A stretch of 61,271 nucleotides of DNA, counting the filler. It is 10 parts of 10 records of this genome, joined end to end, with 100 filler letters (N's around TTAATTAATTAA, not from the genome) between each part and the next. Parts side by side here need not be neighbours in the genome. Positions count along the whole stretch, not along the records: positions 7,291 to 12,793 come from SRR31147125_352635; positions 12,894 to 18,804 come from SRR31147125_354199; positions 18,905 to 24,108 come from SRR31147125_354221; 7 more parts are not named here. The stretch is one strand, 5' to 3'. Positions 11,318-22,005 of the stretch are shown here, piece by piece. Position 1 is the first letter of the stretch; each line of letters opens with the position of its first letter. The translations under genes were made by a program, and so were the position numbers. Under the pieces are notes generated by a model. The model had not been told where the DNA came from and did not search any database. It saw nothing but the letters and a program-made list of their open reading frames with translations.

Positions 11318-12793
11318 ATGTCCGAATCGAAGAATCTGAAAGACTACCGGAAAGAGTGCCAGGAATCTCTGGACAACGAATATCTTCGGACCACTCTCGA
11401 CAAGTTTGCCGTTGCCTACAAGGCGAGCAGAAAGAACGCGTTTGCCGATATCGATGTCGATGCGCTCATCAGGGACGTGGCGCAGATGAAAGACGACACG
11501 CTGAAGTCGCTCGATGAGAATCTCAAGCAGTTTACCGCGAAGGCGGAGGCGGCCGGCGTTGTCGTCCATTTTGCCCGTGACGGTGAGCACGCCAATCGGA
11601 TCATTGCCGATATCGGCCATGAGGCCGGCTGCAGAAAGGTCATCAAGACCAAATCGATGACCGCGGAGGAGACTCATCTCGTTTCCGCGCTGGAGCGGGA
11701 GGGGATGGACGTAACCGAGACCGATCTCGGCGAGTGGATCATCCAGCTTCGCAATGAGCCGCCGTCGCATATGGTCATGCCGGCTATTCACCTGTCCCGT
11801 TTTCATGTGCGGGATCTGTTTTCCGAGATTACCGGGAAGCAGGAGGACGAGGATATCGAGAAGCTGGTCAAGGTGTCCCGGAATGAAATGCGCAGAAAGT
11901 TCGTCGAAGGTGAGATGGGTATCACCGGAGCGAATTTCGCCGTTGTCGAGACCGGTTCGATCGGACTCGTCACCAACGAGGGAAATGCACGGTTATGCAC
12001 CACCTTGCCCAAGGTTCATGTCGCCATGTTCGGGATCGACAAGCTCGTTCCGACCGTGGGCGACGCGCTGGCACAGGTCAAGGTGTTAACGAGGAACGCG
12101 ACCGGCCAGGCCATCACTTCCTACGTGACCTGGGTGACCGGAGCCAATCCGTGTGAGGCCGGGGATGGGGAACGCAAGGAGGTGCACTTCGTCCTGCTCG
12201 ACAACGGACGCCGGGAAATGGTTGAGGACCCGCTGTTTTCGCAGGTGTTTCGCTGTGTCCGCTGCGGTGCGTGTGCGAATGTGTGCCCGGTGTACCGATT
12301 GGTCGGCGGCCATAAAATGGGTCACATCTACATCGGTGCGATCGGCCTCATCCTTACCTATTTCTTCCATGGTGAGGAGCATGCCAAGCATCTCGTCCAG
12401 AACTGTATCAACTGTGAGGCCTGCAAGGATATCTGTGCGGGCGGTATCGACCTGCCAAGGCTCATCAAGGAAATCCATGTCCGGATTCAGGACAAGGAGG
12501 GGCATCCGTTACCGAGCCTCCTGATGGGCAAGGTCCTGCGCAACCGTAAACTGTTTCACACACTGCTGAGAACCGCGCGGTGGGCCCAGAAACCGGTTAC
12601 GGGGAACGACGGGTTCATGCGTCATCTCCCGATGGTGTTCTTCAAGGAACACGATTTCAAGGCACTCCCGGCAATTGCCGACACACCGTTTCGTGACTGG
12701 TGGGAGAAAAATCGACCGGAGGTCGACAATCCGAAAGTCACGGTCGGACTTTTCTCCGGCTGTGTGCAGGACTTCGTTTATCCTGAACAAATG
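11318..12793 (+). CDS. lutB: Fe-S L-lactate dehydrogenase large subunit (LutB/LdhH type; 3'-truncated)
   Basis: KSMTAEE, ETDLGEWIIQL, PSHMVMPAIH, TNEGN, CVRCGACANVCP, CINCEACKDIC, start of a CCG domain. GGAG RBS before ATG 11318. Confidence 0.9.
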
Positions 12794-12893
12794 NNNNNNN
12801 NNNNNNNNNNNNNNNNNNNNNNNNNNNNNNNNNNNNNTTAATTAATTAANNNNNNNNNNNNNNNNNNNNNNNNNNNNNNNNNNNNNNNNNNNN
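12794..12893. other. Artificial contig linker
   Basis: N44-TTAATTAATTAA-N44. Confidence 0.98.
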
Positions 12894-12973
12894 TTGCCAA
12901 CGCATCACAACGATGCATGAAAGCTATTTTATTACAGCACCTTATGGAGACTTCTAACAAAGGAGAAAAAACA

Positions 12974-13567
12974 ATGAGCGACCGAAAACCTGAAATCAGA
13001 ACCGTATACACCATTGTTGAAGAGACCCATGCCGACGGTACCTTGAAACTGGAAAAACCGACCCGAAAAGCGGCATGCGCCGCCGTATTCAAAAACCCCT
13101 TTGCCGGTCGGTATGAGGAAGATATCTCTTTGCTGTATCACTGGAGCGAAACCATCGGGGAGATGCTGACTCAAAAAGCGGTCTCCGCCCTGGGTATTCC
13201 ACCGGAAGCGGTGGAAAGTTATGGAAAGGCAGCGATCTCGGGTGTGGATGGAGAGCGGGAGCATTGTGCGGCCCTGATGCATCCGGCACTGGGAAAACCC
13301 ATTCGCGGCAATGTCGGAGGCGGAAAAGCCCTCCTCCCTTCCGCCAAAAAACTGGGCGGTCCGGGATGCGCCATCGATCTGCCCCTGGGGCACAAGGATG
13401 CCGCCTATGTCCGATCCCACTTCGATGCCATGGAAGTCAGAATTCCCGATGCCCCGAGAGCCGATGAGCTGGTACTCATTGTCGGAGTGACGGACTCCGG
13501 TCGTCCGGCGCCCCGAGTGGGTGGGTTGACAACCGACGAGATCAAAGGTGAAGACGGACTAAGGTAA
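12974..13567 (+). CDS. DUF1185 ('amino acid synthesis' family) protein
   Basis: NPFAGRY, ESYGKAAI.G.DGE.EH.AAL.H, PSAKK.G, RSHFD, DAPRADE, GRP..RVGG. AAGGAG RBS before ATG 12974. Confidence 0.8.
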   Translation: MSDRKPEIRTVYTIVEETHADGTLKLEKPTRKAACAAVFKNPFAGRYEEDISLLYHWSETIGEMLTQKAVSALGIPPEAVESYGKAAISGVDGEREHCAALMHPALGKPIRGNVGGGKALLPSAKKLGGPGCAIDLPLGHKDAAYVRSHFDAMEVRIPDAPRADELVLIVGVTDSGRPAPRVGGLTTDEIKGEDGLR

Positions 13568-13795
13568 ATGATCCGGGATGTCAAAAGCACTTTTGCTCAC
13601 ATTTTTGCTCGTTGGCAGGACCGCAGAAATGAATAAAGCGTTCTTTCCTGATGGCTTTTTCGAACATGGTGCGGTCCAATAATTGAGCAGGTAAAAGCGG
13701 CAAAGACATCCCGGTTGCTACGATGCTGTGAACGTAATGTCACGCAGTCACCTGATCCTGATTGCAGGTTGAAAAAAGTCAAAAGAGAGAAAACA

Positions 13796-14338
13796 ATGGC
13801 AGAAGAAAACGTGAAGATTCAATTTACAATCAACGATGAAAAGAGAACCGTTGAAATACCTGCTGAAATGACGGCCCTTCAGGTGATTCGGCAGGAGATC
13901 GGATTAACGGGAACCAAAGAGGGATGCGGTATCGGAGAGTGCGGTGCCTGTACCATAGAAGTGGACGGCAGGGCCGTGAATGCCTGTCTCATGTTCGGTG
14001 TCCAGCTGGACGGCTGCCGGGTAACGACGGTTGAGGGGTTGGACAACCGGGGAACACTCCATCCGATTCAGGAAACCTTTTTGGATCACCATGCGGTACA
14101 GTGCGGATTCTGCACACCCGGAATTTTGATGAGTACCCATGCACTGCTCGGGGAGAATCCCTTGCCAACCGAAAATGAGATCAAAACGGCCGTCTCCGGC
14201 AACCTCTGCCGCTGTACCGGATATCAACAGATCCTCACCTCCATTGCACACTTGTCTGATCATGACGGTGCCCCGGAACAACAGGAAAGAGGCGGGGAGA
14301 TCTTAAAAAAAGAGAGCATCGACCCGGAGGAGGAATAA
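13796..14338 (+). CDS. ndhS: Mo-hydroxylase 2x[2Fe-2S] subunit (nicotinate dehydrogenase small subunit-like)
   Basis: GTKEGCGIGECGACT, AVQCGFCTPG, GNLCRCTGY. The ndh assignment rests on gene context. Confidence 0.8.
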   Translation: MAEENVKIQFTINDEKRTVEIPAEMTALQVIRQEIGLTGTKEGCGIGECGACTIEVDGRAVNACLMFGVQLDGCRVTTVEGLDNRGTLHPIQETFLDHHAVQCGFCTPGILMSTHALLGENPLPTENEIKTAVSGNLCRCTGYQQILTSIAHLSDHDGAPEQQERGGEILKKESIDPEEE

Positions 14339-14339
14339 C

Positions 14340-15208
14340 GTGGCTCAAATGAAATACGAACGGGCACAAAGCCTTTCCCATGCCCTGGCGTTTCTGGATG
14401 CCCACGGCCCGAATACGGAGATTCTGGCCGGCGGCACCGATGTGATGGTGGATCTGAGATCCGGCGATCTGAAAAAACGCTATCTTCTGGACATCAGCCG
14501 CATCGATGCATTGAAATCCATCGAGATATGCGACGATGAACTCCATGTGGGCAGCGGCGTCACCTTGACCGAGATCCATCGCTCCCCCTTATTGCCGCCC
14601 ATGCTCCGGCCCTGCAAAAATGCGCCGACACCTTTGCAGCCAGGCAAATTCTGAATGTGGCGACCATCGGCGGCAATGTGGCCCATGCCTCTCCCTGCGG
14701 CGATACCATTCCTCCCCTGGTCATCCACGATGCCGTTGCCGTTATCGCCACCCTGCAAGGGGAGAAAAAGATCCCCATGGACGACATTGCCGCCGGCGCC
14801 TATCAAAGTGCGTTGGCACCGGGCGATATCATCGTCAAATTCATTTTGAAATCAGGAAAAGGGAGATTTGCCGATTTTCAGAAGATCGGACGTCGAAAAG
14901 CCCTTGCCGTCTCCCGTATCAGCATGGCGATTCAGGCGGAGAAGGACGACGCAGGCCGGATCTCTTTCATACGGGTGTCACTGGGTGCCTGTACCCCGAC
15001 GCCCCATCGCATGGATGCGGTGGAGTCGCACCTGTCGGACGGGGTACTGACAGAGAAAAGAGTGTGGCAGGCAGCCGACCTATTGGCGGAAAAGATGATT
15101 GACATTACCGGCAGAAGAGCCTCTATCGTCTATAAGGAACCGGCGGTAAAGGGCCTTTTCGTGAGAATGACATATCCTTTGGTGACGTGGGGAAAAACAG
15201 ATGACTGA
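14340..15208 (+). CDS. ndhF: Mo-hydroxylase FAD subunit (frameshift near 14588)
   Basis: LAGGTD, QILNVATIGGNVAHASPCGD, KIGRRKALAVS. One C is missing in a C-run. Confidence 0.8.
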
Positions 15209-17522
15209 ACAGTATCGAACCATCGGTAAAAGTGTACCGAGAAAATGTGCACAGGATAAAGTCATGGGACGAGCCGCGTTTGCTGCGGACATCGAACTGG
15301 ATCAGCCCCTTTATCTCCAGGCGGTGCGAAGCGAAAGACACCATGCGACCCTCATCCATATTGATCTGAGTGCGGCAGAGACGATCCAAGGGGTGGTTCG
15401 GATCTTTACGGCTGAGGATATCCCCGGTAAGAATCTCATGGGAATCATCAACAAGGATCAGCCGATTCTGGCAACAAAAAAAGTGAGATCCAAATCCGAT
15501 CCCATCGCCCTCGTGGCGGCGGAAAGTGAAGCGGCCGCCCTTGCAGCGGCAAAGGCCGTGAAAGCGACCTATGAAGATCTGCCGGTCATGATGGAACCGG
15601 AGGAGGCATTGGCGGAAACGGCCCATCCCATCCATGAAAAGGGCAATTTATTGCTGGAGCGAGTGGTAAAACGCGGCGATGTCGATGCCGCTTTTGCCGA
15701 TGCCCATGTGGTGATTGAAAAAACATACCGTACCAGTGCCATCGAACACACCTATCTGGAGCCCGATGCCGGGGTAGGCTTTGTGGATGAGGACGGATCC
15801 CTCGTCATCTATGCCTCCACCCAGAATCCCCATTACGATCACAAGGAAGTGGTGACCATGCTGGGGGTGGACGATGACAAGGTACGTATCATTCAGGCAG
15901 TGACCGGCGGCGGATTCGGCTCCAAACTGGATCTCAACGTCCAAGGCTTTATCGGGCTTGCCCTCCATCATCTGAATCGGCCGGTGCGGTATGTGTATAC
16001 CCGGGAAGAGGCGTATCTTGCCACGGCCAAGCGTCATCCCTTTGCCATCACCATGACCACCGCAGCCACCAACCGGGGAAAGATCACAGCGGTGAAGATC
16101 CGGGCGGTCTGCAACACCGGGGCATACGGATCCTACGGGATTGCAGTGGCGTCCCGTGCCGCCGTTCACGGCACCGGCCCCTACGAAATCGACAACGTCG
16201 ATATTGTCAGCCGGGCGGTCTATACCAATGCCGCATTCTGCGGGGCCATGCGGGGATTTGGCGCCCCGCAGATGGCCTTGGCCCATGAAAGCCAAATGGA
16301 TCTCATTGCCGACGCCCTGGGGATGGATCCCTGGCAGATTCGCATGCGCAACATGTTCAAGGTGGGATCCGTCACCGCCACCGGCCAGGAACTCATGGAC
16401 AGTGTCGGTTTTAATCTCTGTCTGGATCAGGTGGAGCCCCACTACCGGGATGCGCTGGAAAACTGGAGTAAAAAGCAGCCCTCTCCATTTATTAAACGCG
16501 GGATCGGACTCGGGGCCATGTGGTACGGCATCGGCAATACCGGGGTTCAGAACCCCTCCACCGCCCGGGTGGAGATGGATCGGGAAGGCCGGGTGACCCT
16601 GTTCACCGGATGTGCGGATATCGGACAGGGCTCCACCACCATCTTGTGCCAAATCGCTGCGGAAACCCTGGGCCTCGATATTCAAGCGATCCATGTGGTG
16701 GTGGGCGATACCAAAACCACCACCAATGCCGGTGCCACCTCAGCCAGTCGCCAAACCTATATTTCCGGAAATGCCGTCAAGGATGCTTGCGAAAAATTGA
16801 GGGAGGTCTTGTTGACGGAGGCGGTGAACCGCCTGAGGATTCAAAAGGCGTTTTTACAACTGGGTGACGGAGCGGTATTTGATAAACGGGAGCCTGAAAA
16901 ATCCGTCCCATTCGATACGCTGACCGCACGCATCCGGGATAAAGGGGGAACCCTTACCTGGCAGGGATATTTCGATCCGGAGACCCTCCCCCTGGATCCG
17001 GAAACCGGCCAGGGCGTTCCCTATGCCACTTACGCATTTGCCTGTCATCTCGCCTGTGTGGAGGTGGATGTCCTGACCGGAGAGGTGAGCGTCAAAAAAG
17101 TGGTGGCCGCCCATGATGTGGGCCGGGCCATTCATCCGGAAAACGTGATCGGTCAAATTTGCGGCGGAGTAGCCATGGGTCTCGGATTTGCCCTGATGGA
17201 AGAATTTGTTCAAGGGGAGACGGTTTCCATGAAGGATTACCATATTCCCACCTGTGCGGACATGCCGGAGGTGATTCCCATCATTGTGGAAGATCCGGAA
17301 CCCACCGGCCCCTTTGGTGGAAAAGGGGTGGGAGAACCGGCACTTATCCCTACGGCACCGGCCATTGTCAACGCCATCACCCATGCTCTGGGAGAACGAA
17401 TTTATCATCTTCCTGCAAATCTGGAACGGGTGCTCGATGCAAGTATCCGCGCCGGTCATTTCCAAGGAAGTGACCCGCGAAAGTCCCCCCATTGGAATGA
17501 ACGGCCTGAAGGTCGGATGTAA
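15201..17522 (+). CDS. Molybdopterin subunit, nicotinate dehydrogenase-like, with L and M parts fused
   Basis: STQNPHYD, GGGFGSKLDL, AMRGFG, GAMWYGIGNTG, DIGQGS, TSASRQT and KGVGEPALIP match my recollection of Eubacterium barkeri NdhL and NdhM. Confidence 0.82.
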   Translation: MTEQYRTIGKSVPRKCAQDKVMGRAAFAADIELDQPLYLQAVRSERHHATLIHIDLSAAETIQGVVRIFTAEDIPGKNLMGIINKDQPILATKKVRSKSDPIALVAAESEAAALAAAKAVKATYEDLPVMMEPEEALAETAHPIHEKGNLLLERVVKRGDVDAAFADAHVVIEKTYRTSAIEHTYLEPDAGVGFVDEDGSLVIYASTQNPHYDHKEVVTMLGVDDDKVRIIQAVTGGGFGSKLDLNVQGFIGLALHHLNRPVRYVYTREEAYLATAKRHPFAITMTTAATNRGKITAVKIRAVCNTGAYGSYGIAVASRAAVHGTGPYEIDNVDIVSRAVYTNAAFCGAMRGFGAPQMALAHESQMDLIADALGMDPWQIRMRNMFKVGSVTATGQELMDSVGFNLCLDQVEPHYRDALENWSKKQPSPFIKRGIGLGAMWYGIGNTGVQNPSTARVEMDREGRVTLFTGCADIGQGSTTILCQIAAETLGLDIQAIHVVVGDTKTTTNAGATSASRQTYISGNAVKDACEKLREVLLTEAVNRLRIQKAFLQLGDGAVFDKREPEKSVPFDTLTARIRDKGGTLTWQGYFDPETLPLDPETGQGVPYATYAFACHLACVEVDVLTGEVSVKKVVAAHDVGRAIHPENVIGQICGGVAMGLGFALMEEFVQGETVSMKDYHIPTCADMPEVIPIIVEDPEPTGPFGGKGVGEPALIPTAPAIVNAITHALGERIYHLPANLERVLDASIRAGHFQGSDPRKSPHWNERPEGRM

Positions 17523-17623
17523 AACAGCGCAGCGCTTTGTACAACGGTCATGGAATCGGTGGACACTCACAAAAGAGAGTCCATCGCCCACAAAAAAACG
17601 ATAGAACAGGAGATAAACAGATC

Positions 17624-18784
17624 ATGTCCGACACACTTTTGAAAAATATCGGTACCATTGTCAGCGGCGATATTGACAATCCCATGTTAGATGGAGATGC
17701 CATCCGCATCTCAGCGGGTAAAATTGCAGAGGTGGGCCTACTGAGTGCCCTCTCCATCCCACCGGACACGCAAACCATTGACTGCTGCGGCACCACGGTC
17801 ACTCCCGGCCTGATCGACTCCCATTGCCATGTGATCCTTGGCGATTACACCTCTCGCCAAAACCAGGCGGGATTTCTGGAGAGTGAGCTCCACGGCGGCG
17901 TCACCACCATGATCTCCGCCGGAGAGGTCCATCTGAAGGGGCGTCCCAAAGATCCGGCCGGCGTCAAGGCTCTGGCCGTCCTGGCGGCAAAATCCTTTGC
18001 CAACTTCCGTCCCGGCGGTGCAAAGGTGCAGGGAGGGGCCGTGATTCTTGAAAAAGGGTTGGTTCAAGCCGATTTTGAAGAGATGGCAAAAGAAGGGGTT
18101 CACCTTGTGGGTGAAATCGGTCTTGGATCGGTGAAAGATCCCAAAGATGCCGCTCCCATGGTGGAATGGGCAAAAGCTTGCGGCATGACCGTGATGATGC
18201 ACACCGGAGGTACCTCCATCCCCGGCAGCAGCACGGTAACGGCAGCCATGGTGATGGAGACCGCTCCTCACATTGCCTCCCACGTCAACGGCGGCCCCAC
18301 AGCCGTGGCTTTGGATGAGGTTCGGGCGCTCATCGACGATTCAGAGATCGCACTGGAGATCGTCCATTGCGGCAATCCCCTGATGACCGTGGAAGTGGGT
18401 AAACTTGCCGTGGAGAAAAACGTCCTGCATCGCATGCTCATTGGAAATGACGCCCCATCGGGAACCGGTGTGGTCCCATTGGGCATTCTTCGGGTGATCA
18501 ATCAGCTGGCAAGCCTTACCCCCATCTCCGCAGCCCAGGCCGTCTGCATGGCCACCGGTAACACGGCCCGCATTCACAATCTTGACTGCGGCATCATCGC
18601 TCCGGGAAAGGAGGCGGATCTCGTCATCATGGATGCGCCCATGGGATCGGTGGGTAAAGATGCCTTGAGCGCCATGGAAGCGGGAGATGTCCCCGGGGTC
18701 TCCATGGTGCTGGTGGATGGAGAGGTGGTGGTGGCCAAAAGTCGAAATACCCCTCCGTCAGTCACCGCACCTCAAATGGGATAG
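17624..18784 (+). CDS. ena: Enamidase (amidohydrolase of anaerobic nicotinate catabolism)
   Basis: KNIGTIVSGDI, PGLIDSHCH, LHGGVTTMISAG, GGAVILEKGL, GEIGLG, MHTGGTSIPGSS, SHVNGGPTA, GNDAPSGTG, KSRNTPP, as recalled for E. barkeri enamidase. Confidence 0.88.
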   Translation: MSDTLLKNIGTIVSGDIDNPMLDGDAIRISAGKIAEVGLLSALSIPPDTQTIDCCGTTVTPGLIDSHCHVILGDYTSRQNQAGFLESELHGGVTTMISAGEVHLKGRPKDPAGVKALAVLAAKSFANFRPGGAKVQGGAVILEKGLVQADFEEMAKEGVHLVGEIGLGSVKDPKDAAPMVEWAKACGMTVMMHTGGTSIPGSSTVTAAMVMETAPHIASHVNGGPTAVALDEVRALIDDSEIALEIVHCGNPLMTVEVGKLAVEKNVLHRMLIGNDAPSGTGVVPLGILRVINQLASLTPISAAQAVCMATGNTARIHNLDCGIIAPGKEADLVIMDAPMGSVGKDALSAMEAGDVPGVSMVLVDGEVVVAKSRNTPPSVTAPQMG

Positions 18785-18804
18785 CGGAGATAGGGATAGA
18801 TTTT

Positions 18805-18904
18805 NNNNNNNNNNNNNNNNNNNNNNNNNNNNNNNNNNNNNNNNNNNNTTAATTAATTAANNNNNNNNNNNNNNNNNNNNNNNNNNNNNNNNNNNNNNNN
18901 NNNN
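18805..18904. other. Artificial contig linker
   Basis: N44-TTAATTAATTAA-N44. Confidence 0.98.
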
Positions 18905-20183
18905 TTTTGGTAGACAATGATATCAATACAGACATCGACCCCGTTGCGCTCCATCACTATATGACCTTTCACGCTGTCGTGCCGGCACCGCATACCATCC
19001 TCAAAGGTATCAAAAAATTGTCACCTTCAGCGACCATGCAGGTAAAGCCTGACGGCACCATTACGGAGAACGTATATTGGAATCTTGACTTCGAGCCCAA
19101 CGAAGATGAAAGGGCGTACAGTTTTAGCGACTGGAAAGAACTCCTGCTGGTCCATCTGCGCAAAGCCGTTAAACGACGCCTTAAAGCGGATGTGCCGGTG
19201 GGGTTGTTGTTATCCGGCGGATTGGATTCCAGTTTGTTGGTCGGTCTGCTGTCCGAACTGGGGCAGATGGACTTGAATACCTTCTCTATAGGTTTCGAGA
19301 GTGTCGATCACGAAACCGGCAATGAGTTCGAATACTCCGACTTTATCGCCTCATATTACCATACCCACCATCATAAGATCGAAGGCAATGCAGAAATGGT
19401 GCTGGCCTCAATGCCCGACTGCATCAAGGCGATGAGCGAGCCCATGGTCAGCCACGATTGCATTGGCTTTTATCTATTGAGCAAAGCGGTCTCCAATCAT
19501 GTCAAGGTGGTCCAGAGCGGGCAGGGCGCGGACGAGGTTTTCGGTGGCTACCACTGGTACCCGCCGTTGCTCGACAGTAAAGATGCTTTATCGGAATATG
19601 CTGCTCTTTTTTTGACAGCGATCATGCAGGGTTCAAAGAGGCCATAGATCCCAGATTCATAGAAGAAGATTACAGTATGGCGATGGTAAGAGAACGTTTC
19701 GCCAGGATGAAAGCCAACTCGCCTGTCGATAAGGCCCTTCATCTGGATACGACAACGATGCTGGTGGACGATCCGGTCAAGCGCGTCGACAATATGACCA
19801 TGGCCTGGGGACTGGAAGCTCGCGTGCCGTTTATTGATCATGAATTGGTTGAATTTGCCGCACGCATGCCGGCGGAGCACAAGGTCGGCAATGGCGGCAA
19901 GCATATTTTAAAGGAAGCGGCGCGTGAAGTGATCCCCGAAAAGGTGATCGATCGCCCCAAGGGGTATTTCCCGGTGCCCGCCCTCAAGTACCTCAGAGGT
20001 GATTATATGAGGTTCGTCCGTGATATTCTGCTGTCATCCAAAAGTAGGGAACGACAATTGTTCAAACCGAAATTTGTCGAGCAGGTGCTTGAATCTCCGG
20101 ATCGGTTCTTTACGCCGCTCAACGGATCCAGACTCTGGCAGATGACGGTTTTGGAGTATTGGCTGACAGCTAACGGTATTTAA
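18905..20183 (+). CDS. asnO: N-acetylglutaminylglutamine amidotransferase (5'-truncated; frameshift near 19610)
   Basis: Asparagine-synthetase fold: LLSGGLDSS, EPMVSHD, VVQSGQGADEVFGGYHWY, DDPVKRVDNMTMAWGLEARVPF. Lies upstream of ngg. Confidence 0.9.
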
Positions 20184-20206
20184 TCAGAGACTTAAAGGAG
20201 AGACAT

Positions 20207-21957
20207 ATGCCCGCCCAACCGGAACTCAGAGAGCGCTTTGAGCGCGTCACCAGCCTGTCCCTGCAAAATTGGCAGACCGCAACGGGGCCCAAGGTAAAAT
20301 CAATGGCGCAAGACGTTGAGGTGGATATGGGGTGGGGGCGTATTTTCTTCGGCCACACATTTCAATCGGTAGAAAAATTGTACCGTCTGCTGTGTCAGGA
20401 GGACGAAGGCAAGCGCGATATCGCTTTCTACATACGAGATCCGCATGTCCTATTGTCCTTGGGTCCGGACAAACTGTTTCTGGACCCTTCCCATACGTAT
20501 CGGCTATGGGCCCACGATTATCGCCAAAGCAAAACCCATGCAACCGCTTTCAAGGTCAGACGGATTGCCAACAGATCGGATGCAGACCATATCAATCGGA
20601 TTTATATGAGCAGGAATATGGTTACCGGTGATCCCAAAAATATGCTTCAGCGAAATACATCAAGGCTTCAAACGTTCTTGGTGGCCGAAGATCGTGAAGA
20701 GCGCCAAATCATCGGCGCCGTCACCGGTCTGGATCATGTCGAAGCTTTCAATGACCCGGAGTCCGGCGCCAGCTTGTGGTGCTTGGCCGTAGATCCCCAG
20801 ACTCAAGCACCCGGTGTAGGCGAAGCATTGGTGCGTCATTTGGTAGAGCACTATCTGGCAAGGGGCAGAAGTTACGTGGATCTATCAGTGATGCACGATA
20901 ATCAGGAGGCCATTGCGCTCTACGAGAAGCTGGACTTTCAACGCGTTCCGGTCTTTTGTGTGAAGCGTAAAAACCCGATTAACGAAACGTTGTTTGTAAC
21001 GTCGTTACCCGACCAGAATTTGAATCCCTATGCCCGTATCATTACCGACGAGGCACGCCGACGAGGCATCAGTGTAGACGTAGTGGACGCCCGGTTTGGC
21101 CTGTTTGAGTTGACACTGGGAGGGCGCACCATTTCGTGTCGAGTCGCTCAGCGAGTTGACCTCCGCCGTTGCCATGAGCTGTTGCGATGACAAGCGGGTG
21201 ACACGGCGCATTCTGCATTCAGCCGGGCTCAAAGTTCCTCGGCAGTACGAAGTGGCGCCTTCAGGATCTTTCGATGCGGCCGCATTTTAAAAAGCATCAG
21301 CGAGCGGTCGTCAAACCGGCTCGGGGCGAACAGGGCGATGGTATCAGTGTGGATGTTCGGACGGAAAAGGCGCTTGATGCCGCTATCAGTGAAGCGCGTC
21401 GATTCTGCCCGGACGTCATTGTCGAGGAGTTGGTCGAGGGAGATGACCTGCGTGTGATCGTCATCGACTATCAAATGGTCGCTGCCGCTGTCCGCCGCCC
21501 GCCGGTGATAGTCGGTACCGGTCAGCATACGGTGCGCGAGCTTATTGAAAAGTATAGTCGGCGCAGAATGGCGGCTACCAGTGGCGAAAGCAAGATACCG
21601 CTCGATATTGAAACCGAACGTTGTGTTGAAGACAGCGGCTATGCCCTGGACGAAGTGGTGCCCAACGAAACCGCGGTGCCGGTGAGAAAAACAGCCAACC
21701 TGCACACCGGTGGCACCATCCACGACATAACCCAAACTATCCACCCGGCATTAAAGGATGCAGCAGAGCGAGCGGCCAAAGCCTTGAACATCCCGGTAAC
21801 CGGGCTCGACCTCATTGTCAGGGATGTGCAAGGCGATGATTACCGGATCATAGAAGCCAATGAACGCCCGGGACTCGCAAATCACGAGCCGCAGCCGACC
21901 GCCGAACGATTTATGGATTTGTTGTTTCCCCAATCCGTTCCGCAGCGTCAGCTTTAA
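20207..21957 (+). CDS. ngg: N-acetylglutaminylglutamine synthetase (GNAT plus ATP-grasp; frameshifts near 21140 and 21288)
   Basis: MGWGRIFFGHTF, LFLDPSHTYR, LWCLAVDPQ...GVGEAL, NPYARII..EARRRGI, VVKPARGEQG, TANLHTGG, IEANERPGLANHEPQPTAERF. Confidence 0.9.
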
Positions 21958-22005
21958 ATTTTTTCTCTATACCGAAGGCGACAACAGGAGATCCAGGAGA
22001 AACGG

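Noticed and set aside
7352-12793. pta-ackA-lutC-lutB cluster as a novel system
   Set aside because: It matches the known lactate oxidation operon of sulfate reducers.
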